Positions 20,143-30,487 of a DNA stretch of 64,000 nt are shown here, in pieces. The notes beneath the pieces were generated by a model. The model was not told the origin of the DNA. It searched no databases and was given only the letters and a program-made list of their open reading frames with translations. Origin of the DNA: Candidatus Bathyarchaeota archaeon (GTDB taxonomy: Archaea; Thermoproteota; Bathyarchaeia; Bathyarchaeales; Bathycorpusculaceae); assembly GCA_963768425.1 (NCBI GenBank), contig CAVYHV010000022.1, positions 32,001-96,000 on the forward strand, written 5' to 3'. The translations under genes and the position numbers were made by a program. The stretch's first letter is position 1. Every line of letters starts with the position of its first letter.

Positions 20143-21627
20143 CTATTCTTTGGGTTGGGCTTCCTCGGTTTCATAGATTCTTGATTTTTCCTCGTAGCCT
20201 TCAAGGAACCTCTTTTTCATAGCGTCAGCCATCTTTTGAGCACAGGGCGTTGGGTACTTGCCTGTGATGCAGGCCATGCATAGTTCATTTTCTGTTTGAC
20301 CTGTCGCCTTGATCAATTCTTCAATCGACTGATAGCACACTCTGTCTGCACCGATGATTTTGGCGATTCCTTCTGCATTGTGCTTGGAACCGATGAGTTG
20401 CCCGTAAGTTGACATATCAATGCCATAGAAACAGGGGCCAATGATTCTTGGGAACGTGACGAATACATAGACTTTTTTGGCTCCTGCCTTTCGGAGCTTG
20501 TCTATTATGACTTTTGTCGTGTCTCCCCGGACTATGCTGTCCTCGGTTATTATGACTCGTTTTCCGTCTACTTTGGAGCCTAGAATGTTGATTTTCTTGT
20601 CGATTGTTGAGAACCGCTCGGTGTTAAGAAGTATAAACGCGCGTTCAGTTACGTAGCGGTGCCGTCTGGAAGCCCGCTCCCATCGCAGTCCTGAGGCTTC
20701 ATGGACTCCCATAGCGGGGTCGTCGCCTGTCTCAGGCACGGACAGGATTATGTCGCTGTCTTGAACCACCTCTGGAAACTCGCGAACGATGTTCCTCCCA
20801 AAGTCCTCGCGGATTTCATAAACATATTTGCCGTCAAACCTTGAATCTGGCCTAGCAAAATAAGCATATTCAAACGCACAAAAAGCTGGACGAGGCTTCT
20901 CGATGAGTTGCATGCGTTTGAATCCGTCTTTTGAAGCAGTAACCAACTCGCCTGGGTTCAGTTCGAAGTCCCGTAAAAAGCTGTTCATGTCTAACCCAAC
21001 AGTTTCAGAGCAGAATGCAAACGTTGCTCCTTGCGGGTCGTGCCCAGCGCAAAGGGGTTTTATTCCGTGAGGGTCTTTGAAAGCGAAAAAGTCGCCGTCG
21101 CCCGTCAGCCCAGTTACGGAGAATGCGCCGTCAAGGCTTTCCATAACGGACTTAACCGCTGATGCCAAGTCTTTTCCCTGTTTAAGTCCCAGGAGCAGTT
21201 TGTGGCAGACGACGTCTGAGTCGCAGTTGAAGTAGAAGTCAGAGAAGTTTTCAGTCATTTCTCTTTTGAGAGGCAACGTGTTGACGATGTTGCCGTTGAA
21301 TGACAAAGCTAGTTTTATGTTGCCTGAGGATGCATAGACCGGCTGAGTGCCTTCGACGATTGAAGTGTCGTCGCATTTGCCTGAAGTTGTGTATCGCACG
21401 TTGCCGATGCCTACTGGACCGGGCAGACGGTCAAACCATTCATGTATCGCCTCATTTCTGAGGCGGGGAACTAAATCGAGGCTTTTGTAAACGTGAAACT
21501 TGTTGTCGTAGGTTAAGAAGCCGTGGGATTGGTGTCCTCGATGGTTTTGGGCGCGGAGACCCCAATATACATATGGGAAGACCGTTTGGTTTTCAAAGTT
21601 TTTTGCTCCGAAGATACCGCAGCCTAT
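20143..21627 (-). CDS. purF: Amidophosphoribosyltransferase; N-terminus extends beyond the track ORF, no canonical start codon (ATA at 21627)
   Basis: In-frame CGIFG...QNHRGHQSHG...GNVRYTTSG, FNGN, CAFEYAYFARPDS, EDSIVRGDT, PCFYGID, CMACITG. Confidence 0.95.
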   Translation of the reverse strand: MGCGIFGAKNFENQTVFPYVYWGLRAQNHRGHQSHGFLTYDNKFHVYKSLDLVPRLRNEAIHEWFDRLPGPVGIGNVRYTTSGKCDDTSIVEGTQPVYASSGNIKLALSFNGNIVNTLPLKREMTENFSDFYFNCDSDVVCHKLLLGLKQGKDLASAVKSVMESLDGAFSVTGLTGDGDFFAFKDPHGIKPLCAGHDPQGATFAFCSETVGLDMNSFLRDFELNPGELVTASKDGFKRMQLIEKPRPAFCAFEYAYFARPDSRFDGKYVYEIREDFGRNIVREFPEVVQDSDIILSVPETGDDPAMGVHEASGLRWERASRRHRYVTERAFILLNTERFSTIDKKINILGSKVDGKRVIITEDSIVRGDTTKVIIDKLRKAGAKKVYVFVTFPRIIGPCFYGIDMSTYGQLIGSKHNAEGIAKIIGADRVCYQSIEELIKATGQTENELCMACITGKYPTPCAQKMADAMKKRFLEGYEEKSRIYETEEAQPKE

Positions 21628-21836
21628 CTTTTGTCCCTTCTCGCCTTGATTGGGGATGTAAGTGAAAAAAGGGGTTTATCAGCTTTTAGTACATATTTAG
21701 CTCAAAAGCATGGCTTTTTGACATTTTTAAGGTTTAAAGTAAACAAGAAGCGGGAAGTGTTTTTTGGGCGTAGAATTTTGTTGTTTGTGTTTTGAGCTGG
21801 ATTCTTGATTTAGGCTTTGAGGCGTTTGCAGATTGC

Positions 21837-21911
21837 GACTCAATTTGACTCTGTTTGACTCCTTGTGACTCCTAACGACTCCAAACGACCCAATTTGACT
21901 CTAATTGACTC
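21837..21911. repeat. Array of 8 GACTC-core units at exact 10-bp period
   Basis: GACTCAATTT GACTCTGTTT GACTCCTTGT GACTCCTAAC GACTCCAAAC GACCCAATTT GACTCTAATT GACTC. Confidence 0.9.
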
Positions 21912-22059
21912 CAAGTCCTTGGCCTGGTTTCAAAACCAAGACGCTCATGCATCTCACAGAGAAAGTAATGTTCACATTGCAAGCTTCAGAAGCGCCCGCG
22001 TGCACCTTTGACAGAGATTAGGTTTCCGAACGTGAAAACACGCCTTTCAAGTATGAAAG

Positions 22060-22458
22060 TTATTTCTGCATGTACTCCAGCAAACCGAAGTGATTGCCTT
22101 CAGGGTCCAGCGCCAGTGCCCACCAGCCTAACCCGGGAATCTCCATCTTAGGCACAATAATTTTGCCGCCTAACGCCTCCACCTTCTTGCTGTATTCCTC
22201 AACTGATTCCACTGAAATGTAGTTCGTTGGCTTAGCCACCTCAGGCATAGAAGAGTCTTTCCTATTGTATAATCCGCCGTTGACTCCAGGTCGGATAGGC
22301 ATCATTGTCTTTCCATCCACGGGAACAGTCCCCACAAGATAGTAGGTTGTCGGTCCAGGGTATTTTTCCATTTTCCAACCAAACAAATCAACATAAAACT
22401 GCTTTATCTTCTCGATATCGTTGGCTGGAATCTCAAAATGCACAATCGTATGATCCAA
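22060..22458 (-). CDS. VOC/glyoxalase family protein
   Basis: IVHFEIPA, FYVDLFGW, NGGL, YISVESV, GGKIIVPK, DPEGNHFGL. Confidence 0.9.
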   Translation of the reverse strand: MDHTIVHFEIPANDIEKIKQFYVDLFGWKMEKYPGPTTYYLVGTVPVDGKTMMPIRPGVNGGLYNRKDSSMPEVAKPTNYISVESVEEYSKKVEALGGKIIVPKMEIPGLGWWALALDPEGNHFGLLEYMQK

Positions 22459-22556
22459 AGAATCACCGCAAAACCAATTCGTAGACCATAATAAAAACTT
22501 GGCGAAAACCGCTGACTAACGAAAATGTAAAGAAACAAAAAGAAAGAAAGGCTATT

Positions 22557-23978
22557 TTATGGCTGCCATTTCTCTATGAGATATTTGGGTATCTCGCTGC
22601 TGTCGCGTGGCCCGACGAGGACTTTCCAGCCGCTGAGTTCTTCGATCTCGCCGCTGATGCGTGATGCTTTGCCGGGGATTATGATTTTGCGGTGTTTGAC
22701 TTTGCTTTCTATGCCTGAGGCTTTGATTGCGTCGGCTACGCGTTCCGCGGTTAGTTTTCTTCCTGCGACTCCGCTATCGATTGCTGAGCCTTCAGTTTCA
22801 ACCACGATTAGGTACGCGTTGAGTTTGCTGCTTTCGATGTCTGAAGCGACTGTATAGTATGTTAAGGCGAAGTTTGTGGTGAACATTACTGGCGAGTTTT
22901 CGTCTGGAGTTCCGAATACTTTGAGTCCTGGAGCTACTGCAACGGGTTTGCGTGGGTCAGTGTAAATGTTCTGTCTGAGAACTGTGTCTGGCAACAGTGA
23001 CCAGCCGCTTACACTATGCATTACAAGTACGTCTGCATACCGCACTATGAGCATTCCTGCTAGGTACGCTTCACGCCATTTCAAGAGGTCTTCAGCTGTT
23101 GCTGTGTCTTCCCAAGCAACCATAGGTACGCCGATTAATGGGAAGCCTGCTAATTCTTCGCCTTCTTTACATGCAGCTCTGCGAAGCATCGTGAAGTTGT
23201 TGATTGTGTCTGGTAAGCCTTCGTGTGGGAAGGTCCCTGGGTCTAAGACCAAGTCGGTTACTCCGTAAGCCATCAACGTCTTTGCAAGTGAAACCAACGT
23301 GGTTAAGTCGTTTGGCGCGGACACAACTAGAGGGGCATCATACATCAATGCAAGTTCTGCCATGTCTTTCCAGTTGCTCTGAGTTGCTGCATAAAGCAGC
23401 GGTCGCGCTTTGGGTGCCGCCATCAAGCCTGCCTCTGCAATTGCAGGGTTCAGGGTGCAGAGTATAAGTGGCAGTTTAGTTATTTCCTCGACTTTTTTGA
23501 CAACAGCCTTGAATTTGTCTGCGTCGCCGGATGTGCATCTTACTGCAATCATATCCAATCTGAGTGTGTTGCCGATGTATTCGAATGTAAAGTTCTCTGT
23601 GTACTGTACTCGCGAGACAACTTCTTGCATTGGCATTTCGTCAGTTACATCTAAGGCGATGGCTGTGGGGTTCTTGTAAGTGAATTCGTGGCGGTACATG
23701 ACAAGTTTGCCGCCAAGTTTCTTAGCTTTATCGCCAGCGCCCACAGTAACTTCTTTTATTGCGGGTTTAAGTAGATCCTGAAGTGCAGCGTAGGCTTTTG
23801 CATTTTCTGGTTTTAGCAGTGGTTTGCAGCTATCGAGTTCTACTTCGCGGTTAACGATTTTTGTCGCAAACGCCATGCAGTTGTCTTGACCGCATTCTTT
23901 GCAGTTTGTTTTTGGTAGAAGCTTGTAAATGGTTATTGGGCTTAATTCTTTTAGTCCGCCTTTCTTTTTCTCGCTCAT
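22557..23978 (-). CDS. cdhE: CODH/ACS complex gamma subunit (corrinoid Fe-S protein, large)
   Basis: LPKTNCKECG..CMAFA, IYTDPRKP, TTNFALTY, VLVGPRDSS; probable ATG at 23978. Confidence 0.95.
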   Translation of the reverse strand: MSEKKKGGLKELSPITIYKLLPKTNCKECGQDNCMAFATKIVNREVELDSCKPLLKPENAKAYAALQDLLKPAIKEVTVGAGDKAKKLGGKLVMYRHEFTYKNPTAIALDVTDEMPMQEVVSRVQYTENFTFEYIGNTLRLDMIAVRCTSGDADKFKAVVKKVEEITKLPLILCTLNPAIAEAGLMAAPKARPLLYAATQSNWKDMAELALMYDAPLVVSAPNDLTTLVSLAKTLMAYGVTDLVLDPGTFPHEGLPDTINNFTMLRRAACKEGEELAGFPLIGVPMVAWEDTATAEDLLKWREAYLAGMLIVRYADVLVMHSVSGWSLLPDTVLRQNIYTDPRKPVAVAPGLKVFGTPDENSPVMFTTNFALTYYTVASDIESSKLNAYLIVVETEGSAIDSGVAGRKLTAERVADAIKASGIESKVKHRKIIIPGKASRISGEIEELSGWKVLVGPRDSSEIPKYLIEKWQP

Positions 23979-25216
23979 TGCTTGCCAACCCCTTGTGCTT
24001 TCATGGTTATCCAATCTGCGTATTTCGATGCATCTGCTTTTTTGCCGCTTGTCAGGTAGTTTGTGACGTCTTTGAGCGTCTTTACTGCTGCTGGATGCAT
24101 CATCATGAATAAGTCAACGCCTGCGAGCAGAAGTGTTAAGGCAGTGGTTACTTCCCAGAGTGGTCCTCGGAGTTCGCGTGGTTCCCAGTCAGCTGACATT
24201 TTCAGCCATGCTTCACGGGCAGCCCATGCGTTGGTTGTGCCGGAAGACATTGGGTGAGCAAGTTCCATGTCGCCCATTAATCCGCCGAGTCGTGCTCGCT
24301 CCATGTTGGTGAATGCGTAGTCTAAGCCGTATCCTAAGGCTGCTGTAGTTAAGTCCATAACGATGTCTTCTCTGCCGAGAAAGTCGTATAGTCTCCGGTT
24401 AAGTTCCCGTGCCAGGTTAAGGTCCATCGGAGTGAACGAAAGTGCAGCATGCCCGTTTTTCTTGACGAACTTTGCGCAGCGTTCAACATCCATATCCCTT
24501 GTTATTGAGCTTATTAGGAAACGTTCTCCTGGGAAAGCGTTACAGATTTCTTCGAAAACGTTTGCGTCTTTAACTGGGTCGCCGCAGCCGCCGATAACTA
24601 GTGGTACGTCAACGGCTTGCAGAACTTTTTCAACGGTTTTCACTGCGTCTTTCGGTGTCGCGTTCTTGAGCAAGGGGTCAATGCTGATTAAGTGGATTGT
24701 AACCATGTCGGCCTTGAATTGTTGTACTGCAAGTTTCGCCCAAGCTGCTGGATCTCCAACGACGTCCTTAACATGCATCTTGACTGCTTTGCTTAGGGGT
24801 ACTTCCATGTCGAAAACGTCAAGGGTGATGACTGGTTTGTGTGTGGTTGGTCGCTCAAAATTGTAGAATGCAGGTGATGTTTCGCCGCCGATGGTGAATG
24901 AGGTTCCACGTGTGCCGCCTTCTTTTCGTGTTGCGCCTAATTTGACTTCCGCGATTTTGTTCGGGTAGGTTTCAATTGGGGGTAAGAATGGTACTTGAAG
25001 CATTGATACAGGTTTTCCGCCTGTGACTACTGCTGGAAGCTTTAGCTTGGGCATTATTTGGCCAGCCATTCCTGGCTCAAAGAGTATCTCTAGCTCTTTG
25101 ACGTCAATCTGGAAGTCTTCGAGTTCAATTTGCTTGAACCTGGCTAAGGCATCCAGTAGATCTTGGCTGAGCTTTAGACCTTCGTTGTCTTTCTTCTTGT
25201 CGCCGTCTGTGGGCAA
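23975..25216 (-). CDS. cdhD: CODH/ACS complex delta subunit (corrinoid Fe-S protein, small)
   Basis: GATRKEGGTR, DLTTAALGYGLDY, NAWAAREAW, MMMHPAA. Confidence 0.95.
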   Translation of the reverse strand: MPTDGDKKKDNEGLKLSQDLLDALARFKQIELEDFQIDVKELEILFEPGMAGQIMPKLKLPAVVTGGKPVSMLQVPFLPPIETYPNKIAEVKLGATRKEGGTRGTSFTIGGETSPAFYNFERPTTHKPVITLDVFDMEVPLSKAVKMHVKDVVGDPAAWAKLAVQQFKADMVTIHLISIDPLLKNATPKDAVKTVEKVLQAVDVPLVIGGCGDPVKDANVFEEICNAFPGERFLISSITRDMDVERCAKFVKKNGHAALSFTPMDLNLARELNRRLYDFLGREDIVMDLTTAALGYGLDYAFTNMERARLGGLMGDMELAHPMSSGTTNAWAAREAWLKMSADWEPRELRGPLWEVTTALTLLLAGVDLFMMMHPAAVKTLKDVTNYLTSGKKADASKYADWITMKAQGVGKQ

Positions 25217-25222
25217 CTAGGT

Positions 25223-26641
25223 TCACCGCTTGTCTTTGTCGTCTTTGACAGTTTGGATTATGACTTTGTTAGCGTAGATTTTTGCGTCTTTAAGGATGAT
25301 TCTAAAGCCGCCCGCCATGATTGGCAGTGTGCCTGCAGTTGCGACCGGCATCATTGTGGCTGCTGCTTCTTCTGTGACTTGTAATGTTTGAGCTTCTGGT
25401 GCTGCTACCGGTGCTTCTTCTGCTGTCCATCTTGCTACGACTGGGTGGTTCTTGGCTTTCAGGAATGCTTTGAGTTCATCAACAGTTTTTGCGTCTTCTT
25501 CAGTGGCAACTTTGTCGACGAGTTCGGGTGGGATGAAGTCTTTGACGCGTTCTTTGACTTCTTTAGGTACCCAGACAACGCGGTTCCATCCGCCGTCTGC
25601 AGCGAAGAATTTCTTGCTTCTCATGTATTCGATGGACATTCCGTGGAATCCGTCGATTTGTCTTCCGCCTGCCGCTGAGTCTGCAATTGTGCTGAAGGGT
25701 AAGCCGTTTACTGCTGGACCTTTGAAGCTTCTGTGGACTACTGCTAATCCGTCGACTTCGGGGACGTAGAAGGTTACTGCTTCGAAGCATCCGCACGAAG
25801 TGTGTGGGTGATCGAATGCTGTGTAGAGCCAGACTTGGTTAACTTCGCCCATGCTACGTTTCTTTGCAGCTTCGTTGACACCTGAGAACTCGCCTTTTTC
25901 AGCGTTTAACATTTGTCCCCTGGGTATAGCGAAAACTGGACCTTTGGGGTCGATGCTTGCTGATGCTTTTCCGTCAAACCAGCTGATAGCGCCGCAATTG
26001 CTGTATCTTTGAGGTGTGATAACGCAGACGTGGCTTGGTGCGAATGATTGGCATAGGGCGCAGCCGTAGAATGTGTCAACATCTTCGTCTTTGAGTCCTC
26101 TTGCTTTTGCGTCACGTGATTCGTAAGCTTGGACTGCTTCTGGGTACATTTCGTCCAGTTTGGCTGTGTCTGTTATGAAGGTGATTTGTACTTTCTCAAT
26201 GATAGGCAATTCACTCTTGAATAAGCGGTACAGGACTTTTCCGATGGGGTCAAAGCTGTTTAAGCCTTTTTGGAATGATTTTTTGCCGAGGCGTATCCAG
26301 ATGTCGTAGCGTTGGTTGAGGTGCATGAATCCCTCGATGTAATTCAGGTAACCGTGAATGCGCCTTTCTATGACACCTTCAAGTCCTGCATCAAGTTTTT
26401 CGCCTGCAGCTTCAACAAGAATTCCTAGCGGGTATGCTCCGCCTTCCTTCAGGTCTTTGATGTCGGGTCCGATGATGGTGATTTTTCCGTCGTCGATTTC
26501 GCTCATGGGTTTTACTTTGGCTAACTCAAACTTCTGTTTAACTGTGGGTCCGCCGAGTTCAACTTGCATGTCGTTTCTTCTGATACGTTCTCCTTCGTAG
26601 ATTACGCCAACTTCAACAGGTATATCTTTAAACATAGACAT
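25223..26641 (-). CDS. cdhC: Acetyl-CoA synthase beta subunit
   Basis: YEGERIR, MHLNQR, FYGCALCQSFAPSHVC, CGAISW, HTSCGCFE. Confidence 0.97.
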   Translation of the reverse strand: MSMFKDIPVEVGVIYEGERIRRNDMQVELGGPTVKQKFELAKVKPMSEIDDGKITIIGPDIKDLKEGGAYPLGILVEAAGEKLDAGLEGVIERRIHGYLNYIEGFMHLNQRYDIWIRLGKKSFQKGLNSFDPIGKVLYRLFKSELPIIEKVQITFITDTAKLDEMYPEAVQAYESRDAKARGLKDEDVDTFYGCALCQSFAPSHVCVITPQRYSNCGAISWFDGKASASIDPKGPVFAIPRGQMLNAEKGEFSGVNEAAKKRSMGEVNQVWLYTAFDHPHTSCGCFEAVTFYVPEVDGLAVVHRSFKGPAVNGLPFSTIADSAAGGRQIDGFHGMSIEYMRSKKFFAADGGWNRVVWVPKEVKERVKDFIPPELVDKVATEEDAKTVDELKAFLKAKNHPVVARWTAEEAPVAAPEAQTLQVTEEAAATMMPVATAGTLPIMAGGFRIILKDAKIYANKVIIQTVKDDKDKR

Positions 26642-26644
26642 TTT

Positions 26645-27187
26645 TTATTGTCCTCCTTCAAATTTTGAAGTCATGACTTTGAGATTTGCAGCCCATTCTT
26701 CAAGGGTTGCGTTTGGGAAAGACCAGCTTGCATGCACATGGAACAAGTTGTCCAAGGTCATGGTTTTCAGGTCAGGTGCGAAGTGCTTGAGTCCACAGAG
26801 CATCAACGATTCAACGTAATAAGGTAACCCCACCATCATAACTAGGTCTGGGTGTCCTTTGCCGTCTAAGCCTTGCCATGTTGGGTCAACTACCAGGTTG
26901 CCGATCTCCATTGCATTCATGTATGCTGCTGGTTCGTATCCGCGTTTCAGAAATTCGCCGACCATATGTGCTGTGGCTACTACGGGTAGTTTTGATGCTT
27001 TTGCGAGGTCGATCAGGTATTCGATTAGTTGTTTGCCTTCCAGGTATCTTTCTGTGGCGTTGCTTCCCACAATGAGAATGGGATGTTGGGCTTTTTTCAT
27101 CATTGCTACTGCTATTTCGGGTTTTTGAATTGGGTTTGCTTTTTTAGTTGAAGCTATTTCTGCACATTGCCAGGGTTCACATGACAT
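26645..27187 (-). CDS. cdhB: CODH/ACS epsilon subunit
   Basis: EPWQCAEI, DPTWQGLDGKG..D, LKHFAP, ASWSFPN; position in the cdh operon. Confidence 0.92.
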   Translation of the reverse strand: MSCEPWQCAEIASTKKANPIQKPEIAVAMMKKAQHPILIVGSNATERYLEGKQLIEYLIDLAKASKLPVVATAHMVGEFLKRGYEPAAYMNAMEIGNLVVDPTWQGLDGKGHPDLVMMVGLPYYVESLMLCGLKHFAPDLKTMTLDNLFHVHASWSFPNATLEEWAANLKVMTSKFEGGQ

Positions 27188-27194
27188 TTCATTT

Positions 27195-29544
27195 TCACTC
27201 CTTCATTTTCCTGATCATTCTTGGAAGCAATGTTGGGTCCGGTATTACTGTTTCTTTCCAGTCGTGTGCTTCCAGTATCTTGGTGAATTCGTCTTTCATG
27301 GTCATTGGGATATCAGCCATTGTTCTCACGAATAAGTGTAAGTCGTTTGGCATAACTCCCATGTAGCGTTTGCTTAAGTCAACGTAGTGGCTTAGTTTTA
27401 TGCTGCGTCCTTTCCATGTGTCGTTTGGTCTGATGCAAAGCTTTGCGATTGCAACCATGCATTCCTCTTTGGTTTCTACTGTGTTGAAGAGGTGTTCTGG
27501 TGCGGGTCCGACTCTAACTTTGTCGCCTGTACGTGCATCGTAGACTTCGAAGTCTTCGGGGTGGTCTTCTCTGCCAAGGAGCATTCGACGGTACTTAACA
27601 CCATGCGGTCCGACGAGAACGGGTATGCCTAAGCGCCAGAATCCAGCGCCTATAGCTGCAGCTTTCTGTGAGTATGCACCCCACGCTAGACCAACAGCAC
27701 CTAAGCGGTTGTGGATGTAATCTGCGATTTCTTCGTAATTGCCGCGAAGTGGGCGTTTTGCGAATATGTTTGCTACTTTGATTGCAGCGCCTGCGATGTG
27801 GCTGTTTGCGACGCATGAGCCAACGTTAAGTACTCCTCCCGCTTCAAATCCGCCTGGAAATTCTTCGTATAGTGTTTGTCCGTCGCTGTTGCGGTAACTG
27901 CCTGCGGACATTGCTGAGCATCCTGACAGTACTACGATGTATCGTCTTAGAGCAAATTCTCGACAAATGTCGTAGACGTCTTTGCCTCCTTTTGGATAGT
28001 TGCTGCATCCTACTACTGCAACGATACCTGGGATTTCTCCGAGCACTATTGGGCTACCGACATTGCGGATTTCAACGTCTGAGACTGCGCCTCTGCCAAC
28101 GCGGCACAGGTTATCTTCAGCGAGCATTGCCTTTTCGCCTGATTTGATGATTAGACTATGAATCATGATTTTTTGCGGGCAAGCTTCTTCGCATCTTCCG
28201 CATCCAATGCAGGTCTCATAAAGATCTTCTAGTAAGGATAGGTCACCTTTTGCTGCTGCTTTGATGGCTGCTGGAATCGCGTAGTCTTGTGGGCAGTTCC
28301 GTTGGCAACTCTTGCATTGAGTGCAGGTCTTAGCGATCTGTGTAATTTCCTCTATGGTTGGAAGACTGGTCTTTCGTTTGCGTATAGGAGCAACTTTTTG
28401 GGCGACACGTACTGCGACTTCGCCGACTTTTTCTGGATCAAGAATTAGCACGCCTTTGACTTTGCCGCTAACGAGGTCAGCAACGATTTCGTCTGCTGGA
28501 TCGTTTGTACGGTTCTTGAAGCCCATGCAGTTCTTTTCGGATGCTGCAATTACTGGAGCGTTGACTTTACCGGCTTCGTCATAGACGTCTGTTCGGATAC
28601 ATTGTTCGTCAAGTACAACTACATCGGCTAAGCCTGCACGTATGAATCTTAGCTCCCAACTGATAGGTCCAACAACTCTTGCACGATTATAGTATCTTGT
28701 CATGTCGTGTGCCGTGCAACATAAGCCCGACAACTTCGATTTTCTCGTCAACTTTGTTTTCTTTTGCGTAGTCAATTATTCCGATTGATGGAACAACGTT
28801 GTGGCCAATGCACATGATGACTGGTTTTGTTCGATCAACGCTTCCGATTCCGAGTTTTACAAGAGGTGCTTCTGCGTCCGCTTTTGGATAGCCTAATGTA
28901 GAAATTTGTGCGATATCTCCGACTTCCATTCCGACATGGTCAATCATACCGACGTGAAAAGCTTTAGATTCAAAGTCTAAATTGTTGCCTTCTTGACCTG
29001 TATGTCCTACCGCGAGAATTTGGGTGATTTGCTCTTCTGTGTAAGTTAAAATATCCTCCAAGTCGCCAAGTGTTTCAGGCTTTATACCAGTAACAAGGCG
29101 GCTAACGGGCGCTTCAACTTTTATGTTCAGACCTCCAACGTCTAACGGAGTTCTGCGTCCATATTTTTCAATTAAATGGTGAAGAAGATGGCGTGAGTGG
29201 GCTGTATGGCAAGCGGCTCCAATTGCGCAAGCTAACATCACGATGCGAGATGATTGAGTCGCGATGTCTATTCCGCATGCGCCTCGTTTCCCTGCTGTCA
29301 AATCGCATTTTCCAAAAGTACATAGACAGCAAAGGTCACAGTCGGGCATGTAGAAGGGCTTGTACTTGTTTAGGAGTTTCATGTCCCAGTCTCGTAGGGT
29401 GGTCATGGAGGGCATTGGAGTTGGTCCCATGGGTTCAGTGTAGTTGTCGTTGACAACTTTGCCAATGGAGACTTCGAGGTTTTTAATAAGACCTGAGTTG
29501 GTCTTCATTTCGCCTATTTTTACGTTAACGTTTTTAGCAGTCAA
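27195..29544 (-). CDS. cdhA: CO dehydrogenase alpha subunit; frameshift near 28725
   Basis: CDLCCLCTFGKCDL, GAACHTAH, CIGHN, GLCCTAHD, DEQC, two 4Fe-4S motifs, GCSNYP, GSCVANSH, GAYSQKA. Confidence 0.95.
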
Positions 29545-29700
29545 ATTAATGACTCCTCTGTAAAGGTTTAGGTATAAGACTGCCATGATTTGTTTTTAAA
29601 CCTTTCCAGAAATCGAGGCAAAAGTCATGATCCAATTACAGAAATGTTAAGGTTCTGAGAAATTGTGTAAAGAAAGAGCCAGAGAATATATACACGCTGA

Positions 29701-30465
29701 CTACAAGTAGCCAAGCGTCTTCATGATAGCCTTCACTGAAGCATAAGCCGCGCTATTGCTAGGCAAATCAAGCAGCGATTTCCCGTTAAGCACATACTCA
29801 TCTAAGACTTCGTCCGCAACGATTTTTCCTAAATACTTGAACCCCAAGTCAGCTTCAGCCTGCTTGCCCAGCTCAAATGGAAAACGGTAGCCGCCGACCA
29901 AGTAGAAATTGTCAAACTTCATGTCAACCTCTTTAGCTATTTTGAAGGCTCTTTTCACGTGGTCCTGGGATTTCTTTGAATGATCCAAAATGTCAAAAAC
30001 GTCGTTAACAGTCGAAGTAATTCGACGGTTCAGGTTTTCAAGCCCAGCAGGAGAATCAACCAAGATGTACTTGTAATTTTTAGTCAACGACTCCAACGCA
30101 CCCTTCAACGCGGAGTTCGGCATGCAGTAGCAGCCCTCAACCCATTTGGTGCCAACCGCGAGGAAATCGAAATTTTTGCTTTCATAGAGCCCTTTTTCCC
30201 AAATGCGGCTTTCTATGCGTTCAGTTGGGGCAACTCCGACTGTGGTGCCGCCCTGCTCAATGAAGGTGCTTACTAAGAGCTCGGCGATGGTTGATTTTCC
30301 CGCTTCTCTGAGGTCTATTCCAAGCATTTCGGCTAGGTTCTGGTCTGGGTCAGCGTCAACAAGCAGAAGGGGGGCTTGGCCTGATTCGATTAGAGATTTG
30401 GTCATTAAGGCTGTGAAACTGGATTTTCCTGTTCCGCCGCGTCCGATTGTTACAAGAGTTTTCAT
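29701..30465 (-). CDS. cooC: CooC/AcsF-type nickel-insertion ATPase
   Basis: GRGGTGKS, DADPD, GCYC, DSPAGLE. Confidence 0.88.
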   Translation of the reverse strand: MKTLVTIGRGGTGKSSFTALMTKSLIESGQAPLLLVDADPDQNLAEMLGIDLREAGKSTIAELLVSTFIEQGGTTVGVAPTERIESRIWEKGLYESKNFDFLAVGTKWVEGCYCMPNSALKGALESLTKNYKYILVDSPAGLENLNRRITSTVNDVFDILDHSKKSQDHVKRAFKIAKEVDMKFDNFYLVGGYRFPFELGKQAEADLGFKYLGKIVADEVLDEYVLNGKSLLDLPSNSAAYASVKAIMKTLGYL

Positions 30466-30487
30466 AGATTAAACCTCAAAGTTAGCG

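Noticed and set aside
21523-21795. 90-aa plus-strand ORF
   Set aside because: Antisense to the true purF N-terminus and its promoter; no motif.
21837-21911. CRISPR array or mini-array
   Set aside because: Units are 10 bp with a 5-bp core, far too short for repeat-spacer units; no cas genes in the window.
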